DNA from: an uncultured candidate division Zixibacteria bacterium | GTDB taxonomy: Bacteria > Zixibacteria > MSB-5A5 > UBA10806 | Direction of reading: 5' to 3' | Length of the DNA stretch: 64,000 nt | Assembly: GCA_963801605.1 (NCBI GenBank) | Contig: CAWDFP010000006.1 | Location: 1 to 64,000, forward strand | Part shown: in pieces, positions 19,331 to 31,004 of the stretch | How the letters are laid out: every line of letters begins with the position of its first letter | Numbering within the stretch: the first letter of the stretch is position 1 | Notes under the pieces: model-generated | What the model was told of the DNA's origin: nothing | The model's database searches: none | Seen by the model: the letters and a program-made list of their open reading frames with translations, nothing else | Position numbers and translations under genes: made by a program

Positions 19331-22300
19331 ATGGCACAACTCAGATCGATAGATAATTTTAGAGCTCTTCGCGACCGCCTGATGTCTGTGATCGATCCCG
19401 AAATCCCCACCATTGTTATTTCGGCGGGGACTTGCGGACAGGCCAGCGGCGCAAACGATCTTATTAGAATCGCGAAGCGCGAAATATTGACTAAGAAATT
19501 AAACGGAAAAGTCCATCTGCGTATCACCGGCTGTCATGGATTCTGCGAAATGGAACCATCAGTCTTAATCGAACCCAGCGGCGTATTCTACCCTGAGGTT
19601 GGCCTTGAGAATATGGCGCGGATCGTTGAAGCGGTGGCGAAAGATGTGGTCCTCGAAGACTTGCCCTTTGTGGACCCCCAGACCGGACGGCCGGTGATAA
19701 GGCAGGTGGATATTCCGTTCTTTAAGAAGCAACTTCGCACCATCCTGTCACGAAACGAGAAAGTCGATCCCATCAGGATTTACAACTATATCGAAAACGG
19801 CGGTTATGCATCGCTGGCGGCAGTACTCGATATGGGCGATCCTGAATGGGTGACGTCAGAGGTTAAAGACCTCCGGCCTTCGCGGACGGGGCGGCGCGGG
19901 ATTCCCGACCGGCCTTAAATGGGAGTTATTAGCCAAACAAAACGGCAAGAACGGCAAATATTTAGTGTGCAATGCCGACGAGGGCGACCCCGGCGCGTAT
20001 ATGGACCGCAGCGTTCTTGAGGGCAATCCTCACAGCATTATCGAAGGGATGCTAATCGGAGCCTACGGCACCGGCGCCACGGAAGGCGTTATCTATGTGC
20101 GAGCCGAATATCCGTTAGCTATCAAGCATCTCATCATCGCTCTTCGGCAGGCGCGTGAACTTGGTCTTCTGGGCAAAAATATCCTCGGTACCGATTTTTC
20201 GTTTGATATCAGGCTGGTCAAAGGCGCCGGAGCTTTTGTATGCGGCGAAGAGACAGCATTGATTCGATCAATTGAGGGTAAAGTCGGCGAACCGAAGCAG
20301 CGTCCACCCTACCCGGTGCAGAAGGGTATTAATGGCAGGCCGACGGCGATTAACAACGTAGAGACCTGGGCGAATATCTCAGTCATTTTCGAGATGGGAG
20401 CTGAGGAGTTTGCCAAAATCGGCACCAAGAATAATTCCGGCACCAAAATTTTCAGCTTGGTCGGTAAAGTCAAATACACCGGTTTGGTTGAAGTACCGAT
20501 GGGCACCACGATCGAGACGATTGTAAATGAGATCGGCGGCGGACCATCGGGTAATGCCCGGATTAAGGCCGTTCAAACGGGCGGTCCATCCGGCGGCGCT
20601 ATTCCAGCAGCGATGTTCAATCTACCAATTGACTATGATAGTCTTGCCAAAGCGGGATCGATCATGGGTTCAGGCGGTATGATCGTCATGGATGAGAACA
20701 CCTGCATGGTCGATATCGCCAAATATTACATGAATTTCCTGAAAGATGAATCGTGCGGGAAGTGTTTCACCTGCCGCAAGGGCACTCAGCGGATGTTTGA
20801 AATATTGGACGATGTCACCAAAGGCAAAGCCAATATGGCCAGCTTGGATCTCTTAGAAGAATTGGCCGTAGTCGTTAAAGACACCACTATGTGCGGTCTG
20901 GGAAATACGGCGTCCAATCCGATTCTATCCACGCTGAAATATTTCAAGCATGAATACGAGAAACATATCTGGGATCAAAAGTGCGACGCGTTCGTCTGCA
21001 AAGACTTAGTTGGAGCCAATTGCCAATCGGCTTGCCCGATAGGGACCGAGGCCTGGCGTTATGTGGCTCATTTGGCTAAAGGCGAATATCAGGAAGCATA
21101 CGAAGCGATTCGCGAAACCAATCCCTTCCCATCGGTCTGCGCCAGAGTTTGCGATCACCGGTGCGAGAGACGCTGCAAGCTGGGAACCACCGGGCAGGAC
21201 CCGGTCGCTATCCGGGCGCTCAAGCGTTTCATCACGGACCGGATCGATCCTCTATCTTATAAGCCTGTCAGGGAATCAAACTTTAACGGTGACGCTCCTC
21301 ATGTAGCGATCATCGGTTCCGGCCCGGCAGGCCTGACCGCGGCGCATTATCTTTCGCTCAAGGGATACAAGGTTACGGTTTTCGAGGCTGAAAGCGAACC
21401 GGGCGGAATGCTTACCTGCGGTATACCATCTTATAGATTGCCGCGCGAAATCCTGAGGAAAGAGATCGAATCGTTAATCGATGAGAATGTCACTGTCAAA
21501 TGCAACAGCGTTCTCGGACGCGATATCACAATCGACGGTCTCTTCAAAAAGGGTTTTAAGGCGGTCTTCTTAGCCCTGGGCGCTCACAAGAGCCGCAAGT
21601 TGGGAGTCGAAGGCGAGGATATCAAGGGAGTCTACCCGGCCATTCAATTCCTCAAGGATTTTAACCTGAGAGGAAAACGGACGGCCAAGGGACATGTCGG
21701 TGTTATCGGCGGCGGCGATTCCGCTATCGATGCCGCTCGAGTGGCGCTTCGCCAAGAGGGCGTTAAGAGCGTTACGATACTCTATCGCCGAACCCGCTCC
21801 GAGATGCCGGCACTATCCGAGGAAATCGAAGCCGCCGTTCAAGAGGGTATCAAACTTGAAACTCTGGTCTCCCCTCTTAAGATCGAAGCCAAAGAGGGCA
21901 AGCTGACCGGAATCAGCTGTATCAAAAACAAGCTTGGTGAACTCGATGCCAGCGGCAGACGCAATCCTGTGGCGATTCCCGGAACGGAATATAAAGTGCC
22001 GCTCGATACGCTCATTATCACCATTGGCGACGTGCCCGATATCGATTTCATCTCCCAAATGGGAATTGAGATCACCGATAAGGGCACAGTCAAATACGAC
22101 CGCGAGACGCTTTTGACCAGCAAGCCCGGAGTATTCGCAGGCGGCGATGTCACCACCGGACCTAATACCGTGGTTCAGGCAATCGCAGCCGGCAAGAAAG
22201 CGGCTAAGATGATCGAGCGCTTCATCGCGGGTGAAACTCTGCGGCAGCCATCGTTAGCTTATCTTCCCGCCCACTATGTAGAACCGTTTACACTCAGCGA

Positions 22301-22493
22301 GGAAGAGGCAAAGGACGCCAAACGCGCTGTCCCACCCAGCATGCCGATAAAAGACAGACGGTCGAGTTTCTCTGAGGTAGAGATGACTCTATCGGAGGAC
22401 GAAGCTGTTTTCGAGGCTCGGCGTTGCCTGCGGTGCGACCTGGAGTTCACACAAAATCAGGATACTGAAAGCGTCGGAGGCAAGGTAGCGTGA
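19331..22493 (+). CDS. NuoF/HydB-like FMN/NADH subunit fused to a GltD-like FAD/NADPH domain, one frameshift near 19866
   Basis: [21 protein letters not shown] (after removing one base), [39 protein letters not shown]; then CQSACP, NPFPSVCARVC, IIGSGPAG, VIGGGDSAID, EARRCLRC. Confidence 0.88.
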
Positions 22494-23167
22494 TAAACTT
22501 AAGAATAAATGGATTAAAGGTCGCAGTCGAGGAAGGCTCGACCATATTAGAAGCCGCACGCTTTCTGGGATTCCCGATTCCTACCTTATGCCACATGGAC
22601 GGCCTGACGCCATACGGCGCTTGCCGGCTGTGCGTGGTTGAGATTGGAGTCGGCCCCAAGGCGAAACTGGTATCATCATGCACCTATCCGGCCGAGGAGG
22701 GTATGGTTGTCCGGACTGCCTCGAACCGGGTAATAAGAGCGCGCAAAATGGTGATTGAGCTTCTCCTGGCCACTTGCCCGCAATCGAAAGTGATTCAGGA
22801 CATAGCCTCATCGCTTGAGGTTCGCCAGCAGCGTTTCAAACAGGAGCATGAGGACTGCATTCTATGCGGTCTCTGTGTGCGGATGTGTTCGGAGCAGATG
22901 ATGGCGAAAGCGATCGGTTTCCGCGGGCGTGGGGAAAAGCGCAGCCTGGGAACACCGTTTGATGCTAAATCGGAAGTCTGCAGACTGTGCGGCGGCTGTA
23001 TTTATGTTTGCCCGGCCTGCCAATTGAGATGCACCTATACCGAAAAAGACAGCGCGATCTGCGGAGGCTGCGCCAATATCAGTCCGCCATGCATTGAAAA
23101 AGAAAAGTTCGACGACATGATGTGTTATATGAAGCCTTGTGTTGCCTGTGAAATTAAAAAGGATTAG
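22490..23167 (+). CDS. Short NuoG/HoxU-like Fe-S subunit with an 8-Cys tail
   Basis: IPTLC...GACRLCVVE...SC [2Fe-2S]; CILCGLCVRMC and CRLCGGCIYVCP; no catalytic domain. Confidence 0.85.
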   Translation: MINLRINGLKVAVEEGSTILEAARFLGFPIPTLCHMDGLTPYGACRLCVVEIGVGPKAKLVSSCTYPAEEGMVVRTASNRVIRARKMVIELLLATCPQSKVIQDIASSLEVRQQRFKQEHEDCILCGLCVRMCSEQMMAKAIGFRGRGEKRSLGTPFDAKSEVCRLCGGCIYVCPACQLRCTYTEKDSAICGGCANISPPCIEKEKFDDMMCYMKPCVACEIKKD

Positions 23168-23180
23168 AGGAGGATATTAA

Positions 23181-24827
23181 ATGTCACTTTCCCGGATTAA
23201 CGCCTCAGCCGCAACCTTGACCAAAAACAGAACTGAGGGGTCCGTAGTCCCTGCTTCGGGCATGTGCGTGACATGCGTGGACGGTTGCATCGGAATGTGC
23301 GAGATAGGCAAATCGGCCTACAGGGGACACGAGGTCATCTACCCTCAGCCGTTTGGGGTCATCACGACCGCGGCCGAGAAACTTTACCCAGTCGATTATT
23401 CCCATTTTAACATTATGGGTACCGCCGTAGGGGCGCATGGTATTGCCGCCGACAGCGATAAAGCAATTTTCCCGGCTGTCAATCTTCAGGTTATTATGGG
23501 ACACGATAAGGGACTCAAGTTTCGTTACCCCTGGATCATCCCCGGTATCGGTTCAACAGATATTGCCAAGAACAACTGGGAAGGCTTAGCCATCGGCTCG
23601 GCTCTGTCCGGCACCGGCCTGACTATCGGCGAAAATGTGGCCGGCATGGATCCCGAAACGATCATGAAGAACGGCCGTGTTGTCGATACCGCCGATCTTA
23701 AGCGGCGCGTGAAGCTTTACAAAGATTATCAGCATCACGGCTATGGCGCCATCATCGTCCAGGCCAATGTTGAGGACACCCGGTTAGCGGCGCAGGAATA
23801 CGCCATCGAAAAGCTGGGCGTCGAAGTTGTAGAAATGAAGTGGGGCCAGGGCGCCAAGGATATCGGCGGCGAAGTAAAGATTAAGAGCCTCAAGAAAGCT
23901 CAGATGCTTTATGAGCGCGGCTATATCGTTCTGCCGAATCCGACAGATCCAAATGTCATCGCGGCTTTTGAGCGCGGCGCATTTAAGGAGTTCGAGCGTC
24001 ACTCCCGCGTTGGGATGGTATCGGAGGAATCGTTTGCCGAGCGAGTAGACCAGCTTCGCAAAGCCGGCGCCAAGTATGTGTTCCTGAAGACCGGCGCGTA
24101 TCGTCCGGCGGACTTAGCTCGCGCAGTAGCTTTTTCATCGAAATATAAAATTGATCTGCTCACGGTCGATGGCGCCGGCGGCGGCACCGGTATGAGCCCC
24201 TGGCGCATGATGAATGAGTGGGGCGTTCCACCGGTTGAGCTTCACACCCTGTTATATCAATATGTCAAACAGCTTAGCGACAAGGGTAAATATGTACCAG
24301 CGATCGCCGTGGCCGGCGGCTTTACATTCGAAGATCAAATCTTCAAAGGCCTGGCGATGGGCGCGCCGTTTGTTAAGATGGTCGGTATGGCTCGTGCTCC
24401 GATTGCCGCCGCTATGGTTGGTAAGACAATCGGTCAGGCAATTGAAGCCGGTGAGCTTCCTGTTTACGTGGAACGTTTCGGCGGCAATAAGGACGAAATT
24501 TTCGTGACAGCCAGCGAACTTCGCAAAGAACTTGGCGAGAAAGAATTCGACAAGATTCCGTGCGGCGCACTCGGTCTTTACACTTACTACGAGAGACTGG
24601 CCCAGGGACTTCGGCAGCTCATGGCCGGCAGCCGTAAATTCTCGACGGAGTACATTTCGCGCGACGATATTGCGGCGCTGACTCACGAAGCATCCGATCT
24701 TAGCGGCATTCAATATATTATGGATGTCGACAAAGAAGAAGCAGAGAAAATTCTCAGCGCGAACGGGCATCGTACGGCAGTCAAACAGATCGGCAGTGCG
24801 AAGAAGCGCGTGACGCGCACGAGATAA
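23181..24827 (+). CDS. FMN-binding glutamate synthase family protein (stand-alone domain)
   Basis: EMKWGQGAKDIGGE, LKTGAY, TVDGAGGGTG, AGGF; N-terminal CVTCVDGCIGMC. Confidence 0.85.
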   Translation: MSLSRINASAATLTKNRTEGSVVPASGMCVTCVDGCIGMCEIGKSAYRGHEVIYPQPFGVITTAAEKLYPVDYSHFNIMGTAVGAHGIAADSDKAIFPAVNLQVIMGHDKGLKFRYPWIIPGIGSTDIAKNNWEGLAIGSALSGTGLTIGENVAGMDPETIMKNGRVVDTADLKRRVKLYKDYQHHGYGAIIVQANVEDTRLAAQEYAIEKLGVEVVEMKWGQGAKDIGGEVKIKSLKKAQMLYERGYIVLPNPTDPNVIAAFERGAFKEFERHSRVGMVSEESFAERVDQLRKAGAKYVFLKTGAYRPADLARAVAFSSKYKIDLLTVDGAGGGTGMSPWRMMNEWGVPPVELHTLLYQYVKQLSDKGKYVPAIAVAGGFTFEDQIFKGLAMGAPFVKMVGMARAPIAAAMVGKTIGQAIEAGELPVYVERFGGNKDEIFVTASELRKELGEKEFDKIPCGALGLYTYYERLAQGLRQLMAGSRKFSTEYISRDDIAALTHEASDLSGIQYIMDVDKEEAEKILSANGHRTAVKQIGSAKKRVTRTR

Positions 24828-24884
24828 TTATTGCATGAGTATTTCTGGATAATCAACACTCTAGCGACGTTAATTATCCTTGCC

Positions 24885-24912
24885 ATAGGGGCGTTCGAAA
24901 GAATGCCCCTAT
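24885..24912 (+). terminator. Hairpin downstream of the operon, probable terminator
   Basis: ataggggcgttc-gaaa-gaatgcccctat followed by a T-rich tract. Confidence 0.6.
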
Positions 24913-25007
24913 TTATTATTAGAAGAAAAGTTATAATAGTGTCGGGTTGATCATTTACGAGAGTTGGAAGCCGAGTTATTGAAAATCGGAATAATTTAAT
25001 TAAGCAG

Positions 25008-25030
25008 GGCACATCGAGATGTGCCTCTAC
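25008..25030. repeat. REP-like palindrome
   Basis: ggcacatc-ga-gatgtgcc followed by tctac (reverse complement of the GTAG foot typical of REP elements). Confidence 0.45.
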
Positions 25031-25136
25031 GATTGAACAGATAGAATTTATACAAAAATATTGTTTATTGCAGGCTTAGATTTCTCGATGTTTATAGGGT
25101 TAAGCGTTGGTGGACAAGTGTTCTGCAAAGTTCCTA

Positions 25137-26163
25137 TTACGCCTTTATTGGTACCTTCTCCAATCGCGAAAGGATAGCATCGGTAAATTCCGTGGTGGTG
25201 GCAGTGCCGCCCAGATCACGGGTGCGAATCTTACCGTCCTCGAGAATACCGGCAATCGCTCTTGAAATGTTAGCCGCGATATCCGGCATACCCAGATGCT
25301 CCAGCATCATGAAGACCTGAGAATATGAAGGCTATCGGGTTCGCGATATTTTTGCCAGCGATATCGGGCGCGGAGCCGTGCACGGCCTCGAAGATGGCGT
25401 AATCATCACCAAGATTGGCCCCCGGCACCACTCCCAGGCCACCCACCAGACCGGCGCAGAGATCGGAAATTATATCACCGTAAAGATTGGTCAGCACCAG
25501 AACCTCGAACTGGCTGGGATTGAGCACCAATTGCATGGCGCAGTTATCAACGATGACTTCACGGTATTCGATATCGGGATAGTTCTTGGCTACTTCCTTG
25601 GTAGCGTCAAGAAACATGCCATCGGTAAGTTTCATAATATTAGCTTTATGTACCGCGGCAACCTTGGTACGGCCATTTTTTCTGGCGTTTTCGAATGCGA
25701 ATTTGGCGATCCGACTGGAAGCCAAATAGGTGATAACTTTTATCGATTCTGTCACACCAGGCGCAATCAGATGTTCGATTCCAGAGTAAAGGTCCTCGGT
25801 ATTTTCGCGGACGATTATCAAATCGACATTATTGTAATGAGTAGGGATACCCTTAATCGAGCGCACCGGACGGAGATTAGCGTAAAGCTGAAGCTCTTTT
25901 CGGAGTGTTACGTTGGCGGATGAAAAACCCTTGCCCACAAACGTGGTTAGAGGCCCTTTATAGGCGACCTTGTTTCGCCGAATCGATTCTAACAATACGG
26001 GAGGCACCGGGACACCGTAATCTTTCATGGCCTCCAAACCTGCCGGCATAGTCTCCCATTCGATTAGAGCTCCAGCCGCCTCAAATATGCGGAGCGCTGA
26101 GGCGGTTATTTCGGGGCCTATGCCATCGCCCGGTATCAATGTCACTTTTTTTTTCATAGCCAT
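25137..26163 (-). CDS. NAD-dependent isocitrate/isopropylmalate dehydrogenase family protein, one frameshift near 25311
   Basis: IPGDGIGPEI, RENTEDLY, HKANIMK, NLYGDIISD, EAVHGSAPDIAG; corrected tail MMLEHLG...RTRDLGG. Confidence 0.88.
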
Positions 26164-26302
26164 TGCCTATATTTGTCCTTTAATAATATGGTTCATTAAT
26201 ATAAGAACTTTCGGAATAGGCTTAAGGTTGCCCGGTTATAATAATCGAGTATACAAAGCAAGGACGGCATGATATAAATATCGTAAATAACGGGAGATCG
26301 AT

Positions 26303-27187
26303 ATGAGAGTTATCGTAGCCGGGGGAACAGGCTTTGTGGGCAAGCCTCTAATATCCGAGCTTATTTCGAATGGACACCAGGTTGTCCTGCTGAAAAGGCC
26401 ATCGTCGAAAAATAAAGCCCTCGAAACATCGGGGATCGAGGTTCACGAAGTTGATATTGAAAAGCCAATAGTCTCAACTAATCTTGATGGCGATGCGGTC
26501 ATAAATCTGGTTGGAATTATCAGGGAGTTCCCGTCGAAAGGCATTACTTTTAATAAATCCAATTATCTCGTTACAAAACATCTGGTCGATATGGCTCGCC
26601 AGAACGGCATCAAGCGATTTTTACAGATGTCGGCTTTGGGGGTCAAACCTGAGGGACAGACCGGTTACATGCAATCCAAGTTTGCCGCTGAACGCTACCT
26701 TCGAGAATCCGGACTCGATTGGACCATCTTTCGGCCATCGATTATCGTCGGGCCTGATGGAGGGCTCATTCAAATATTGTCTGGTATGATTTCGCGGTTG
26801 CCGGTCGTTCCAGTTATAGGAGATGGCCGATATAAGGTTCAGCCAGTTTATTTGAAGGATGTCATCAAGGGATTTGTCAGGTCGCTGGGAAATGAAAAAG
26901 CAATCGGGCGTATTTTCGAATTCGGCGGCCCGGAGATTATGACGTTCAATCAGATGATCGATATTCTCGGAGATGCAATAGGCAAAAGCCGACCTGGCAA
27001 ATTTCATCAACCGATCCGGATAATTCGTCCGCTGGCGGCACTGTTCGGGCGCTTCTCTTGGTTTCCGGTTACAAAGGATCAAATAGTTATGCTGCTCGAA
27101 GAAAATTTCACGGAAGATAAATCTTATTTCGAGTTTTTCGGGATTACACCAACGTCGCTAAAACAAGCCCTGAAAGAATTTAGCTGA
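26303..27187 (+). CDS. NAD-dependent epimerase/SDR, NDUFA9-like
   Basis: GGTGFVG, INLVGII, YMQSK, FRPS. Confidence 0.88.
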   Translation: MRVIVAGGTGFVGKPLISELISNGHQVVLLKRPSSKNKALETSGIEVHEVDIEKPIVSTNLDGDAVINLVGIIREFPSKGITFNKSNYLVTKHLVDMARQNGIKRFLQMSALGVKPEGQTGYMQSKFAAERYLRESGLDWTIFRPSIIVGPDGGLIQILSGMISRLPVVPVIGDGRYKVQPVYLKDVIKGFVRSLGNEKAIGRIFEFGGPEIMTFNQMIDILGDAIGKSRPGKFHQPIRIIRPLAALFGRFSWFPVTKDQIVMLLEENFTEDKSYFEFFGITPTSLKQALKEFS

Positions 27188-27309
27188 TTCGGAGGCCCTT
27201 GCCTGCGGAGAAGGCAGCTTAGCGTATTCTATTTATCGAAACCCGGCATATCCAATTTAAGTTTGTATAGAGTTGATGATTACGATTAATAATCTTTAGA
27301 GGAGGAATT

Positions 27310-27768
27310 ATGATAGAAGTCGGTATAAAGGCTCCAGATTTTACGCTGCCGGATCAGGACGGGAAAATGCATAAGCTTTCGGATTATCGAGGTAAGCCGG
27401 TGGTTTTATATTTTTATCCCAAGGACGATACGCCCGGATGCACCAAGGAAGCTTGCAGTTTCCGCGATAATTTCATCCAGTTCAAGAGAGCCGGTATCGA
27501 GGTTTTGGGCGTTTCGGTTGATGATTCAAAATCACATTTGAAATTCAAAGAAAAATATGAATTACCGTTTACGCTGCTCGCCGATACCGAAAAGAAGGTC
27601 GTAAAGGAATATGGAGTCTGGACTGAGAAAATGAATTATGGCAAAAAATACTGGGGCACGGCCAGAACCACATTTCTTATAGATAAGAATGGCAATATCA
27701 TTCATGTTTTCGAGCGAGTAAAGCCGGAGGATCATGCGGCAGAGGTGTTCGAGAAATTATCTGAATGA
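27310..27768 (+). CDS. bcp: Thioredoxin-dependent peroxiredoxin Bcp
   Basis: [16 protein letters not shown]. Confidence 0.93.
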   Translation: MIEVGIKAPDFTLPDQDGKMHKLSDYRGKPVVLYFYPKDDTPGCTKEACSFRDNFIQFKRAGIEVLGVSVDDSKSHLKFKEKYELPFTLLADTEKKVVKEYGVWTEKMNYGKKYWGTARTTFLIDKNGNIIHVFERVKPEDHAAEVFEKLSE

Positions 27769-27800
27769 TTCAGCAAAAATATAACAATATCGGATGTATC

Positions 27801-27830
27801 AAAGCCCGCTATGCGAACAGCGGGCTTTTT
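27801..27830 (+). terminator. Intrinsic terminator
   Basis: aaagcccgct/agcgggcttt stem with a T tract. Confidence 0.8.
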
Positions 27831-28031
27831 GTATAGAAGCACAAATCATTATTTTACAAGGGACATTCTGCCGCTATCGGTATTTTTATCCGCCCTGATT
27901 TGATAATAATAGATTCCGGAGGCGCATTTGGATTCGTTCAAAATCCCTTGATAATAAACAGGTTGTCCGATAAATTGTATGACTTGAGAATAATTCGAAT
28001 TGAAAGTAAAGAAAGGTTCTGAAATCGCAAG

Positions 28032-28868
28032 TTGACAATCCTTGAATTTACAATTCTGGTGTTCCTGATAGCCGCGCTGGCCGGATTTTTAGGATCGCTT
28101 ACAGGATTGGGCGGCGGAGTGGTTATCATTCCAGCATTAACCCTGCTATTTCACGTTGATATCCACTACGCTATTGGAGCGTCGTTGGTATCCGTAATTG
28201 CGACATCATCAGGGGCGGCGGCGGCCTATGTAAAGGAGGGTTATTCCAATATCAGGATTGGGATGTTTCTTGAAATCGCCACGGTTACCGGAGCGCTGCT
28301 TGGGGCGGTACTGGCTACAATAGTAGCGCCATCGGCAATTGCAGTGATTTTCGGCCTAGTGTTGATTTATTCCGCCATACAATCAGCGCGACCCCGTCAC
28401 GAACATCCGCTCGATAAGCAACCTGATAAGTTCGCCACCAAACTTCGGATGAATTCCACATATCCCACTCCCGAAGGCAAGCAGGCATATTATGTCCGTC
28501 GGGTCCCAACAGGCCTGGGGGTAATGTTTGCGGCCGGATCGCTTTCCGGTCTTTTGGGAATAGGCTCAGGCGCTTTTAAGGTTCTGGCAATGGATCAGAT
28601 AATGCGAGTTCCATTCAAGGTATCAACCACTACCAGCAATTTTATGATCGGGGTGACGGCGGCGGCCAGCGCTGGAATTTATCTGAATCGAGGCTATATC
28701 GATCCCGGTCTGGCGATGCCAGTGATGCTGGGTGTTCTGGCCGGCTCTTTGAGCGGAGCGCGAGTCCTGATGGGAGCCAAATCAAAAACGCTTCGTCTGG
28801 TATTTGGGGCAGTCATATTTGTCTTAGCTGTTCAAATGATTTATAAGGGATTGATAGGAAAGATATAA
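28032..28868 (+). CDS. TauE/SafE (TSUP) family permease
   Basis: GSLTGLGGG, SGLLGIGSG, STTTSNFMIG; multi-TM. Confidence 0.88.
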   Translation: MTILEFTILVFLIAALAGFLGSLTGLGGGVVIIPALTLLFHVDIHYAIGASLVSVIATSSGAAAAYVKEGYSNIRIGMFLEIATVTGALLGAVLATIVAPSAIAVIFGLVLIYSAIQSARPRHEHPLDKQPDKFATKLRMNSTYPTPEGKQAYYVRRVPTGLGVMFAAGSLSGLLGIGSGAFKVLAMDQIMRVPFKVSTTTSNFMIGVTAAASAGIYLNRGYIDPGLAMPVMLGVLAGSLSGARVLMGAKSKTLRLVFGAVIFVLAVQMIYKGLIGKI

Positions 28869-28905
28869 ATGATCGTTACCGAATAAAACCCTAATCGAAG
28901 AGCGG

Positions 28906-29259
28906 ATGGATAGATTTATAGGCAACCTTCTCCGTACGGGGGTAATAATCGCCGGAATTATCGTACTGATCGGAGGGGCATTTTATTTAATTCGTCATGG
29001 AGGGGAAATCCCAAATTACCAGACCTTTCGGAGTGAACCTGACGATTTACGAACATTAGGCGGAATATTTAATAGTGTGATAGCCTTAAAAGCGTCAGCT
29101 ATTATTCAAATTGGCATAATTCTTTTAATCGCCACTCCGATTGCCAGGGTCGCGTTCTCAGTTTATGCCTTTATTATCCAGAAAGACCGGGTATATATAG
29201 GTATTACAATATTAGTTCTGGCACTTTTGATTTTCAGCCTTACAGGCGGGCATCTGTAG
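28906..29259 (+). CDS. DUF1634 membrane protein
   Basis: LLRTGV...GIILLIATPIARV; usual partner of TSUP genes. Confidence 0.82.
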   Translation: MDRFIGNLLRTGVIIAGIIVLIGGAFYLIRHGGEIPNYQTFRSEPDDLRTLGGIFNSVIALKASAIIQIGIILLIATPIARVAFSVYAFIIQKDRVYIGITILVLALLIFSLTGGHL

Positions 29260-29316
29260 AAAATATTTATTGAAAACAGCGACGCCTTTCGCTACGATTT
29301 GCTTTAGGAGTTTTAC

Positions 29317-30381
29317 TTATACGGAGTGTTTAGCGGCTGGAAAGGCGATTGAAAATTTCGTCCCTTGATCCTCGACCGTATCAATTTCGATCCGTCCGCC
29401 ATGCTCGGTGATGATGCTTTTTGCTATAGCTAACCCGAGCCCGGTACCATCGCTTTTAGTTGAAAAAAAAGGCTGAAATATTTTTGGCAAAACATCCTTT
29501 TTAATACCCGGCCCGGTATCCGAAATTTCAACCACAACACTACGGCTCGAATTATTCTCCGAGCGATAGCAATTGAGATCAAGCCGACCACCCTGGGGCA
29601 TAGCCTGCATGGCATTGATAAGGATATTTGAAAAAGCCTGGTAAAGCTTGCTATTATCCCCTTTTATCGGAGGGACCTCGACGCTTCTAACTGTCAAGCG
29701 AATTCCCTGATTGATACATTGCAGGCCGAGATGCTTGTTGAGGGCGTTTAGAGTTTCTCGAACATCTATCTCTTCAAGCTGCGGCGGAGTGGGTCGAGGA
29801 TAGGTCAGGAGGATTCGAACAGCGCCATCCAAGCGCTGAGCCTCATTTTCGATCACCGTCACATATTCGTCTTTCTGTTTATCGGAAAGCGATTTATCCC
29901 GCAGAATTTTGCTGGCGCCCATAATTGAGATTAGAGGATTTTTGAAATCATGCACGATAGAGGCTACCATTTGCCCTATAATCGAAAGCCGCTCCGCCTG
30001 ATATAGATTTTTCTGGGTTTCAGCCAGCACCTTTCTTAATCGACGATCTCGATCCAGGACCATTCCGGAAACAGCTCCGACCAGATAAAAAAGGATTATC
30101 TCAATATAGTCGCCGATGATATCACGAGGATTTAACGGCGGATTTGAAATCAGAAAAAGAAGTGAAAAAGCGGCAATACATGTAGTGGTAATAACAGCGC
30201 CTCGAAGCCCAAACCAGATGGCGGCCAGAACGATGGGGATATAACAGAGATCGGCCAACACGTGACGCATGAGATTAGACTGCGCCGTAGTCGTTACCAA
30301 TATTTCGCTATAGAAATGAAGAAAAAGGGTGACCGGCACCATGGCCGCCAAAATGATAACATATTTTTTGCGGCTTTCCAC
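29317..30381 (-). CDS. Membrane sensor histidine kinase
   Basis: VHDFKNPL H box, NILINAMQA, DTGPGI, FFSTK, GTGLGL. Confidence 0.9.
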   Translation of the reverse strand: MESRKKYVIILAAMVPVTLFLHFYSEILVTTTAQSNLMRHVLADLCYIPIVLAAIWFGLRGAVITTTCIAAFSLLFLISNPPLNPRDIIGDYIEIILFYLVGAVSGMVLDRDRRLRKVLAETQKNLYQAERLSIIGQMVASIVHDFKNPLISIMGASKILRDKSLSDKQKDEYVTVIENEAQRLDGAVRILLTYPRPTPPQLEEIDVRETLNALNKHLGLQCINQGIRLTVRSVEVPPIKGDNSKLYQAFSNILINAMQAMPQGGRLDLNCYRSENNSSRSVVVEISDTGPGIKKDVLPKIFQPFFSTKSDGTGLGLAIAKSIITEHGGRIEIDTVEDQGTKFSIAFPAAKHSV

Positions 30382-30602
30382 AAAGGAAAATCTAACAATA
30401 TTAAATTAAAAATCAAGGTTAATGCAGATAATGATTAGATATTCGGTATTATACCGGCGATAAACTTCATAAACGTAGAGCTATGATACTGCATAACGGC
30501 CAAACCTATTTCGATAATAGAATATAAATACATTCCCGATCCAGAGAATCGGATTATAAAATAGAGCGTATAAACGGTATGTGGATAGTCGCGGGGGTAA
30601 GG

Positions 30603-30962
30603 ATGAAAAAGATAGTTTTAGTAGACGACGATGTAAACCTTATGAAGGTATACAAGTTCTTTCTAAGTAAAGAAGGATATGACGTAGACACTTATTCCAA
30701 CGGGCATGAAGCTTTGCAGTTCGTATCATCCGGGCAACCGGCTGATTTATTTATCCTCGATGTCGAATTGCCGGATATGAGCGGGCTAAATTTGATGGAA
30801 AAAATCAAAGAAAATGCCATATATTCCCAGACTCCGATAATAATCAGTTCCGCATACGAGCAATACAGGAATGATTTTACTTCGTGGCTGGCCAGCGATT
30901 ATCTTGTTAAGCAGCCAGACCTTGGCGAGCTTGAAGCCAAGGTACGAAACCTTCTGCATTAA
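30603..30962 (+). CDS. Single-domain response regulator
   Basis: VLVDDD, ILDVELPDMSG, YLVK. Confidence 0.88.
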   Translation: MKKIVLVDDDVNLMKVYKFFLSKEGYDVDTYSNGHEALQFVSSGQPADLFILDVELPDMSGLNLMEKIKENAIYSQTPIIISSAYEQYRNDFTSWLASDYLVKQPDLGELEAKVRNLLH

Positions 30963-31004
30963 GCAGGTAATGCTAAATATCCTAAAAATAGAGAATCCAA
31001 TTAG

